A stretch of DNA of 32,000 bases, taken from NCBI GenBank assembly GCA_027460535.1, contig JAPZAR010000031.1:30001-62000 (forward strand), read 5' to 3'. Positions within the stretch are counted from its first letter, which is position 1. Every line of letters begins with the position of its first letter. Source of the stretch: Candidatus Methanoperedens sp. GTDB taxonomy: Archaea; Halobacteriota; Methanosarcinia; Methanosarcinales; Methanoperedenaceae. A program made the position numbers and the translations under genes. This document shows, one piece after another, positions 16,998 through 23,755 of the stretch. The notes beneath the pieces are model-generated. The model made no database searches and was not told the DNA's origin. It saw only the letters and a list, made by a program, of their open reading frames with translations.

Positions 16998-17885
16998 ATG
17001 AGACAAAAATTATTCTATGCAATTATTCCACTGATATTCCTTGGTCTTCTGGCACAGACAAATCCTGGGCAGAAAATTACAGCGGAACGAGCAATCGATC
17101 CAAGTCTTAATGTCGGCAGAGGACTGAATTTCTCCAATAACTGGGCCGGGTATGTCGCTACAGGGGGTACTTTTACTTCGGTAAGCGGATCATGGAGCGT
17201 CCCGCAGGTAAGCGCAACAGGAACTTCAGCCGACGCAACCTGGGTGGGCATTGGAGGTACAGCCGGTAATCATTTAATTCAGACGGGAACGCAGGCTTTA
17301 GCCAATAACAATGGCAAGGTTAGTTACCAGGCCTGGTATGAGATGTTGCCGGCGAACTCCCAGGAAATTCCGCTCACGATCAACTCCGGTGATTCCATTA
17401 CCGCTTCTATTGTCCAGCAATCAGCGAACCACTGGACGATCTCTTTGAGTGATGATACCACAGGCCAGAATTACCAGACAACAGTTACCTACGCCGCATC
17501 CTTATCCTCAGCAGAATGGATCCAGGAAATGCCGGTTCGCGGCAGATCTTTCATTCCGCTCGATAATTTCGGCTCCGTACAATTCAGCGCTTTATCGGCT
17601 GTTAAAGACGGCACTGCACTGACCCCTGCCCAGGCTAACGCGCACTCTATAGTCATGGCTAATAATCTCCGTCAGGTCCTGGCTCACCCTTCAGCCCTGG
17701 GAAGCGATGGAGCCAGTTTCACCGTAGCCCGCACCTCTTCAACATCGACGCAGATCGTTTCTCCCTCAGGAAGGACCGGCTGGCGCAGAGTTGTGACAGA
17801 CGTCCATGGTATCCAGCCATTGAACGGGCAAAGCCACAGTAGAGGAAGATTCAAAGGTGGATTCGGCCAGAGATTTGAACACTAG
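16998..17885 (+). CDS. peptidase family G1 (eqolisin / scytalidoglutamic-peptidase-like glutamic peptidase), secreted
   Basis: The signal/anchor is MRQKLFYAIIPLIFLGLLAQT. The motifs SNNWAGY, TWVGIGG, LIQTG (catalytic Gln position), YQAWYEMLP, SAEWIQE (catalytic Glu position) and DNFGSVQF parallel SNWAGA, AWVGIDG, LQTG, AWYEWYP, AEWIVE and DFGSVTF of scytalidoglutamic peptidase as I recall it. AGGAG lies upstream of the ATG. Confidence 0.8.
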   Translation: MRQKLFYAIIPLIFLGLLAQTNPGQKITAERAIDPSLNVGRGLNFSNNWAGYVATGGTFTSVSGSWSVPQVSATGTSADATWVGIGGTAGNHLIQTGTQALANNNGKVSYQAWYEMLPANSQEIPLTINSGDSITASIVQQSANHWTISLSDDTTGQNYQTTVTYAASLSSAEWIQEMPVRGRSFIPLDNFGSVQFSALSAVKDGTALTPAQANAHSIVMANNLRQVLAHPSALGSDGASFTVARTSSTSTQIVSPSGRTGWRRVVTDVHGIQPLNGQSHSRGRFKGGFGQRFEH

Positions 17886-17950
17886 TTACCACCTCAACGA
17901 TCGTTCAAATACAGAAGAACTTAGTGAATTGTAGCTCTGCACTCCTCCTA

Positions 17951-17980
17951 TTTTTCTCCAGTTTTCAGTTCCTTTTTTTT
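17951..17980 (+). terminator. oligo-T tracts downstream of the G1 peptidase gene
   Basis: A T5 run at 17951-17955 and a T8 run at 17973-17980 lie within 100 nt of the stop. Confidence 0.35.
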
Positions 17981-18100
17981 ATTCGTTCATTTTCCCCAAG
18001 CAAGCTTATTGCTAATATTCGTGCAATACACGTAGAAAAATCTTAACTTACGGGTAATAGTGCTCCAAAGATGATATATATGGTAAAAAAGGATAATAGT

Positions 18101-18160
18101 GAACTTATGAACGTTATAGAACCATTAGAATGGTTTTTATCCAAAAAAGAACTCAAATAA
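18101..18160 (+). pseudogene. 3'-terminal remnant (copy B) of a paralog of the wHTH regulator gene
   Basis: It translates as ELMNVIEPLEWFLSKKELK*, against the intact GRTNVIELSEWFLSEKEFK*. DNA similarity to 16006-16065 is obvious (aaYgttatagaac...agaatggttttt...aaaagaaYtcaaata). Stops TAA TAG TGA lie immediately upstream. Confidence 0.65.
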
Positions 18161-18178
18161 GGCTCATTTCATGTCAAA

Positions 18179-18210
18179 GTTCTGCATCGAAATTAAGTAT
18201 CGTTCAATCA
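18179..18210 (+). promoter_or_regulatory. conserved 32-nt promoter/operator element, copy B
   Basis: The sequence is GTTCTGCATCGAAATTAAGTATCGTTCAATCA. GAGGT and the ATG at 18235 follow 24 nt downstream. Confidence 0.65.
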
Positions 18211-18234
18211 AAGTAGGCATTCGAGGTAAATCAA

Positions 18235-18834
18235 ATGAAAATAACGAAGAAAACAGCAATATTGACATTGTTTACTGCGGTTTTGTTGGTTTCTGCACCA
18301 TTGGCAGTAACTGTATTTGCCCAGCCTTCGGGTCCGGGTATGGGAAGAGGATACGGGGCATCGCATAACGCTATGGGAACGTTCAGACAGAATATTGTAC
18401 CTATAGTCATGGGGCACGGGTTTGCTTTGAATCCATCAGATACAACCCAATATCACGTTCTGGATGTGACGGCTATGAAGATCAGTAATGCAACGCAAAG
18501 TCGAACCAGAGCTAATCTCAGATTCGCAGGTCAGCCGTATAGTCTCACCATAACAGGCTATACCAACACATCACTAGTTGGAACCATATATACGGTGCCT
18601 CCGCGGGGGACGAACCATGCGGGTTTCACCCCAAGTGAAGCAGGTAGCATCTCGCTTTCAATGTCTAAATATGAAGGGGTAATGCTCTCAAATGGAACTC
18701 TAACAATGACCTCCGGTACGAATTACACTGGAACTTACAATGTACTACTGACATCCCCTGATATAGCATCCGGTGGCGGAATGCACAATGCCAATGGAAT
18801 GTTCGGAGCGCGTAAGTTCGGATCGGGCAATTAG
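18235..18834 (+). CDS. secreted HGFALN-family protein (paralog of 23047..23601) with Met/Gly/His/Asn-rich termini
   Basis: The signal is MKITKKTAILTLFTAVLLVSAPLAVTVFAQP. It shares blocks with the 23047 protein: GHGFALN, YH(V/I)LDV, LRFAG..Y.L.ITGY.N.SL.G, GTN..(G/S)FTP, G.ISLS..KYEG..L..GTLTM. Its tails are GPGMGRGYGASHNAMGTF and GGGMHNANGMFGARKFGSGN. Confidence 0.7.
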   Translation: MKITKKTAILTLFTAVLLVSAPLAVTVFAQPSGPGMGRGYGASHNAMGTFRQNIVPIVMGHGFALNPSDTTQYHVLDVTAMKISNATQSRTRANLRFAGQPYSLTITGYTNTSLVGTIYTVPPRGTNHAGFTPSEAGSISLSMSKYEGVMLSNGTLTMTSGTNYTGTYNVLLTSPDIASGGGMHNANGMFGARKFGSGN

Positions 18835-18933
18835 AAATAGAAAAAGGATAGTAATGGGAATCCCCCAAGCGGGGATTCCTTTAATATCCCTCAATATAAA
18901 TATATTAACAAAAAAGAGACAAGAAGGAGATGT

Positions 18934-19446
18934 ATGAATAGGAAAGGCGTAGTAGTGTTACTTTTGTTAACATTAGCAATTCTTTCAGGAGCACCGGAGT
19001 CTTTCGCACGGCTCCAGTATCTTACAAATCTCACCGCAGTGTATAGCGCTGGTTCATGCGGCACCTGCCATGTAATAGCTTCAGGCAGTGGAATGCGCAA
19101 CTCCAGCGGGATGTTCGGACAGAACAATTCTAACGGAACTTATGTTCCACGCAACACCAGCAGAACACCGGGGATGCGCCGCTCTAACGGAACGTTTGGA
19201 ATGCGTTCCTCAAACAGAACGTTGCCGCTTAACTCGTACGGAACGTTATTTGCTAACCAGCCTGACCACGCTACCGATCCCAGTGCAGCCCTGATGGCTA
19301 TAGGGCAGCCACCTGCAGCAAACCCACAAGATAGCCCCGCAGATACAGCCGTGACAGGGACTAAAGCGGCTCCAGGGTTCGGAATTGTGTTATCCCTGGT
19401 CGGATTATTTGCATTGGCTCTTCTGGCAAGGCGGAAAAATAAATGA
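18934..19446 (+). CDS. secreted monoheme (single CxxCH) protein with Asn/Gly/Met/Arg repeats and a canonical PGF-CTERM archaeosortase signal
   Basis: The signal is MNRKGVVVLLLLTLAILSGAPESFA, with one CGTCH motif. Repeats are SGMRNSSGMFGQNNSNGT and PGMRRSNGTFGMRSSNRT, with many N-x-S/T sequons. The C-terminus is APGFGIVLSLVGLFALALLARRKNK, that is PGF plus a TM plus a basic tail. AGGAG lies upstream of the ATG. Confidence 0.8.
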   Translation: MNRKGVVVLLLLTLAILSGAPESFARLQYLTNLTAVYSAGSCGTCHVIASGSGMRNSSGMFGQNNSNGTYVPRNTSRTPGMRRSNGTFGMRSSNRTLPLNSYGTLFANQPDHATDPSAALMAIGQPPAANPQDSPADTAVTGTKAAPGFGIVLSLVGLFALALLARRKNK

Positions 19447-19506
19447 TTATGACTGGTCTTAATTTCAGTCGCACTTTTTACGTTCAATTCTTATTCAACA
19501 GGTAAT

Positions 19507-20214
19507 ATGATGGAAAATATAATGGAACTGAAGGACGTCTGGAAAATCTACAAGATGGGCGAAGTGGAAGTGCCGGCTCTGAAAGGAATAAGCGTTGAAA
19601 TAAAGAAGGGAGACTTTGTGGCTATTATAGGTGCCTCGGGAAGCGGCAAATCTACAATGATGAACCTGATAGGCTGCCTGGATATTCCTTCCAGAGGAAG
19701 CTTATATCTCCGATCGCAGGACATCAGCACATTAAGCGAATCAGACCTTGCCTCATTCAGGGGTAAGACTATCGGTTTTATTTTCCAGCAATACAACCTG
19801 ATCCAGTCGATGTCTGCTTTTGAGAACGTGATGCTTCCACTGGAATTCTTAGAATATGATGACCAAAAAGCAGCAAACAGGGCAAGAGAAATACTGACAC
19901 TGGTGGGGTTGAGTGATAAGATGCATCATCGTCCGACACAGCTTTCAGGTGGTCAGCAGCAGAGAGTGTCCATAGCAAGATGCCTTGCTGGCGACCCTGA
20001 GATAATCCTTGCGGATGAACCGACCGGAGCACTCGACAGTGTTACAGGCAGAGAAGTCCTGGATATGCTTCACAGATTGTGGGAAGAGCATGGAAAAACG
20101 ATCATAATGGTCACTCACGACCTTAATCTGGCTAAATATGCTCACACAACAATTGAACTGAAAGACGGAGAGATTTTGAAAATATCTGAAAATAACGAGG
20201 TAAATAAAAAATGA
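19507..20214 (+). CDS. ABC transporter ATP-binding protein, MacB/LolD-type (cassette 2)
   Basis: Walker A is GASGSGKST, the signature is LSGGQQQRVSIARCL, Walker B is IILADEPTGALD, and the H-loop is VTHD. The first 21 nt (ATGATGGAAAATATAATGGAA) are identical to the cassette 1 ATPase gene. Confidence 0.92.
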   Translation: MMENIMELKDVWKIYKMGEVEVPALKGISVEIKKGDFVAIIGASGSGKSTMMNLIGCLDIPSRGSLYLRSQDISTLSESDLASFRGKTIGFIFQQYNLIQSMSAFENVMLPLEFLEYDDQKAANRAREILTLVGLSDKMHHRPTQLSGGQQQRVSIARCLAGDPEIILADEPTGALDSVTGREVLDMLHRLWEEHGKTIIMVTHDLNLAKYAHTTIELKDGEILKISENNEVNKK

Positions 20215-21572
20215 AAAAAATAATGTTTCCGGTTTTGATAATACTGGTATTGACAGCTTACACACCTGCAGTTTATGCAGATTTAGCAGATCTAGCAGGC
20301 TCATCAGTACTATCAGTAAGCCTTGCAAACTCTGACCCTAATCCTGCTATTGCAGGAAATACCGTGGATGTTCGTATAGGTATCCAGAATATCGGGGGTA
20401 CGACTACTAGCGATCTTATGATGGAAGTTATACCACAGTATCCTTTTGAGCTTGTACCAGGTGAAAACGCAGTTCAGGATGTAGGAATAGTTCAACCCTA
20501 TCAGAAGAGTGATCCTACTGTAAATATAAAAGTCATACTGTACCATATGCAGATAAACAGGAATGCTCCGGCAGGTAGTTACCAATTCAAAGTTAAGTAT
20601 TATGAGGCGGGTTCAACCGATGTGACCCAGCAAAGCCTGTCCATTGATGTGAAGAGCAAAGAAAACGCTGAAGTGATCCACATTGGCCAGACGATGCTCG
20701 TTCCGGGAAGGCAAAGCAGCTTAATATTCACGATCAATAATGTCGGGAATGCACCCCTCCGGGATCTGACTTTCAGCTGGGCGAATGATGAAAAGATAGT
20801 TCTCCCAGTCGGGAGTGACAATACCAAATATATCAGGTACATCGATATTGGCAATGGCACTGACCTGGAATACCAGGTGATGGCAGATACTAATGCAGTG
20901 CCGGGATTATACAAACTGAACTTATACCTGACTTATGAAGATTCAATGACAAACCAAACCAAAACAATAAGCACATTTGCCGGGGTGTATGTTGGCGGAG
21001 GAACGGATTTCGATGTGGCATACTCAGATAATGCGAACAGCCAGATGTCTTTCAGCGTTGCCAATATAGGAAGCAACCCAGCAAACTCGGTATCTGTGGT
21101 TATTCCCGATCAGCCGGTCTGGAGTGTAAGCGGCCCAAATTCAGTCATCATAGGTAATCTGAACAAAGGAGACTATACGGTTGCAAGCTTCAAATTGCAA
21201 TCCTCAATGAGTAATATGACTTCCCAGAATAGAGCCTCCAGAAACAATACCAATTTCCAGGGAAGGCAAAGTCCAACAAATATCTCATCCGATACAGTGC
21301 TCATACAAATAGCCTATACCGATACCATGGGAGTAAGAAATGTCGTTGAAAAACAGGTCAAAATCGGATTTCAAAATATGGCATCTCCAAGCGCTATGCA
21401 GGGACGAAGAGGAGCCACACAACCAACAAGTGTACTCTCTAATAACATGCTGTATTTCTTCGGCATAATAGTGCTCGTTGGCGCAGTTGTAGTCCACAGG
21501 AAATACAAGAGCCGCAAACTGCTTGATCCTGGTTTCAAAATGAAGGATTTATTCAAACGCGAGAAGAAATGA
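20211..21572 (+). CDS. secreted three-domain Ig-like (CARDB / COG1361-type) protein with C-terminal TM anchor (cassette 2)
   Basis: The signal is MKKIMFPVLIILVLTAYTPAVYA. Its modules repeat: NPAIAGNTVDVRIGIQNIGG...APAGSYQFKVKY; SSLIFTINNVGNAPL...VPGLYKLNLYLTY; FSVANIGSNPANSVSVVIP...GNLNKGDYTVASFKL. The C-terminal TM is MLYFFGIIVLVGAVVVHRKYK. It has the same ATGA overlap with the ATPase gene as in cassette 1. Confidence 0.7.
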   Translation: MKKIMFPVLIILVLTAYTPAVYADLADLAGSSVLSVSLANSDPNPAIAGNTVDVRIGIQNIGGTTTSDLMMEVIPQYPFELVPGENAVQDVGIVQPYQKSDPTVNIKVILYHMQINRNAPAGSYQFKVKYYEAGSTDVTQQSLSIDVKSKENAEVIHIGQTMLVPGRQSSLIFTINNVGNAPLRDLTFSWANDEKIVLPVGSDNTKYIRYIDIGNGTDLEYQVMADTNAVPGLYKLNLYLTYEDSMTNQTKTISTFAGVYVGGGTDFDVAYSDNANSQMSFSVANIGSNPANSVSVVIPDQPVWSVSGPNSVIIGNLNKGDYTVASFKLQSSMSNMTSQNRASRNNTNFQGRQSPTNISSDTVLIQIAYTDTMGVRNVVEKQVKIGFQNMASPSAMQGRRGATQPTSVLSNNMLYFFGIIVLVGAVVVHRKYKSRKLLDPGFKMKDLFKREKK

Positions 21573-21591
21573 TAATTTCCTGCGGGTCAAA

Positions 21592-22824
21592 ATGAAACTA
21601 AATAAATGTTTCAAACATGCGTTTAACATGGTACTTCACAGCAAGCTGCGAAGCTGGCTGACTATAACGGGCATAGTCATAGGTGTTGCTGCGGTTATTG
21701 CGATTGTTTCGATAGGAGACGGGATGCAGCAAACGCTGAATGCACAATTGAACGCTCTTGGCGGAGACATCGTTACAATCACAGCCGGCGCTGAACGGGG
21801 TGGCGGCATGTATGGTATGAGAGGCGGCGGGGGAGGAGGAGGCCAGGCAACGACCAAAGAAATAGTACTGGGCAGAAGTGACCTCCAGGCATTGAAGGGT
21901 ATACCTGATATTGCTCTGATCGACACAAATATCAGAGAGAGTGTGAATATATCCTATCTTGGCAAAACAGGGAAAGTATCTGTAACAGGCGTTGACCAGA
22001 AAGTATGGTCTCAAATTACTACTACTACTATACAAACTGGCAGGATGCTTGATTCTGCTGACCAGAACGTCATAGTTATCGGGGGAAATCTCGCATCCTC
22101 TTATTTTTCCCAGCCTGTCGGGATTAATAAGATGGTAACGATAAACGCCGCTGCTTTCAGGGTTGTGGGAATTCTTAATGACCAGACCACCAGCGTTTAC
22201 ATGCCGATCCAGATGGCATACCAGGTGATGCCAGACAAGACGAATGATATCTACGACACACTTGTTGTTAAGATCAGGAATCAGGACCAGTTAGATTTTG
22301 TAATCACGGAAATCCAGAATAAACTTATGATTTCAAGACATGTCACTCAAAATACAATGGATTTTTCAGTCACTTCAAGGAAGGAAATGCAGCAGGCCAG
22401 AGCGGCTACGATGAGTTCAATGAGCACATTTCTGCTTGCAATTGCAGCGGTTTCATTGATTGTGGGTTCCATCGGTATTGCAAATACCATGTTCACTTCC
22501 GTCCTTGAAAAGACTAAGGAAATCGGGATAATGAAAGCTATCGGCGCGCGCAATCCCGACATTTTGCTCATATTCCTGTTCAATGCAGGATTTATCGGAC
22601 TCGTTGGTGGAATAATTGGCGTAATCCTCGGAACAATGCTTTCTGGCTTCATGCCTGCGCTTATGGGGGGAGGTCTTCCCATGGCAAGAGGGGGCACAAT
22701 AGTGACATTGAACTCAATAATGATGGCATTATCAGTATCGGTCATAGTAGGAATTCTTGCAGGAATAATACCTGCGTACCAGGCATCGAAATTGAGGCCT
22801 GTTGATGCTCTGAGATACGAATAA
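21592..22824 (+). CDS. ABC transporter permease, MacB/FtsX family (cassette 2)
   Basis: KLRSWLTITGIVIGVAAVIAIVSIGDG is followed by an extracytoplasmic domain. The FtsX domain is LIVGSIGIANTMFTSVLEKTKEIGIMKAIGAR...PAYQASKLRPVDALRYE. Confidence 0.9.
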   Translation: MKLNKCFKHAFNMVLHSKLRSWLTITGIVIGVAAVIAIVSIGDGMQQTLNAQLNALGGDIVTITAGAERGGGMYGMRGGGGGGGQATTKEIVLGRSDLQALKGIPDIALIDTNIRESVNISYLGKTGKVSVTGVDQKVWSQITTTTIQTGRMLDSADQNVIVIGGNLASSYFSQPVGINKMVTINAAAFRVVGILNDQTTSVYMPIQMAYQVMPDKTNDIYDTLVVKIRNQDQLDFVITEIQNKLMISRHVTQNTMDFSVTSRKEMQQARAATMSSMSTFLLAIAAVSLIVGSIGIANTMFTSVLEKTKEIGIMKAIGARNPDILLIFLFNAGFIGLVGGIIGVILGTMLSGFMPALMGGGLPMARGGTIVTLNSIMMALSVSVIVGILAGIIPAYQASKLRPVDALRYE

Positions 22825-22845
22825 AGGTGGATTCAAATATCGTTC

Positions 22846-22974
22846 ATGAGTGTGCTCACTCACAGGTATAATAAATGCTCAAAATCGGCAGACAAAATAA
22901 AAAAGCGCAAGCATGGATGGACGAACCTAATCGAACCTTTGGAATGGTGCATATTAGAAAAAAGACTCAAATAG
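22846..22974 (+). pseudogene. 3'-terminal remnant (copy C) of a paralog of the wHTH regulator gene
   Basis: The 42-codon frame is MSVLTHRYNKCSKSADKIKKRKHGWTNLIEPLEWCILEKRLK*. It aligns with the intact regulator's SSLTGILNALKRRNIIKKHEYGRTNVIELSEWFLSEKEFK*. It lies where cassette 1 has the full-length regulator, directly after the permease. Confidence 0.6.
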
Positions 22975-22992
22975 AGCTTATTTCATATCACT

Positions 22993-23024
22993 GTTCAGCA
23001 TCAATATTAAATATCGTTCAGTCC
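22993..23024 (+). promoter_or_regulatory. conserved 32-nt promoter/operator element, copy C
   Basis: The sequence is GTTCAGCATCAATATTAAATATCGTTCAGTCC. AGGAG and the ATG at 23047 follow 22 nt downstream. Confidence 0.65.
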
Positions 23025-23046
23025 AAGTTGAATCAAGGAGAATAAA

Positions 23047-23601
23047 ATGAAACTGACTAAAAAAACAGCAATATTCTTTACAGCTGTAATTCTGGTTTCA
23101 GTGATAATTGCATTGGCAGTGTTTGCCCGGCCCATGGGTAAGGAAAAGGGGCATGTAAGACCATTCATTGAGCCCATACTCATTGGGCACGGATTTGCGC
23201 TGAACGGAAACGACTATCACATTTTGGATGTGAATGCTATAAAAACGATTAACGTATCCCATGGTTTTATCCATTCCCTGCTTTCGAATAAAAAAAGCCC
23301 GGGAGAGATCGAAAAAGAAATAAACGATGCGAAAATAGCGACCATGACCAGGGCGCATCTCAGATTTGCAGGTAAGGTATATGCTCTCAACATAACAGGT
23401 TATGATAACCAGTCTCTTACGGGAGATGTGTTGACACTGCTCACGCATGGTACCAACCAGACAAGCTTCACTCCGACTTCAGTAGGAAACATCTCGCTGT
23501 CAACGTTAAAATACGAAGGTGAATCGCTCATAACGGGTACTCTGACCATGAACGGCACAGATTACAGGGTGTTTATGACTTCGCCAATGGCACTTAGATA
23601 A
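23047..23601 (+). CDS. secreted HGFALN-family protein (paralog of 18235..18834)
   Basis: The signal is MKLTKKTAIFFTAVILVSVIIALAVFARP. It contains GHGFALN, YHILDVNAIK, AHLRFAGKVYALNITGYDNQSLTG, GTNQTSFTPTSVGNISLSTLKYEGESLITGTLTMNG. Confidence 0.7.
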   Translation: MKLTKKTAIFFTAVILVSVIIALAVFARPMGKEKGHVRPFIEPILIGHGFALNGNDYHILDVNAIKTINVSHGFIHSLLSNKKSPGEIEKEINDAKIATMTRAHLRFAGKVYALNITGYDNQSLTGDVLTLLTHGTNQTSFTPTSVGNISLSTLKYEGESLITGTLTMNGTDYRVFMTSPMALR

Positions 23602-23755
23602 TGGTAAAAAGACATCCCAGCGAATGATTGATTTATTTTCCGAATCATAGAGAAAGGACCGAAGCGGTTTAAAAAAAGGATATGATGCACAAAACTCAAA
23701 ATAGTTTAGTATAAGTTTTATACAATAAAGGTTAATAATAGAAGTAGAGGCAAAA

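Noticed and set aside
16647-17022. Minus-strand ORFs 16647..16841 and 16756..17022 in the mosaic intergenic region
   Set aside because: They overlap the regulator remnant, the conserved promoter element and the start of the peptidase gene. They have no motifs or RBS. The + strand homology relationships explain the region better.
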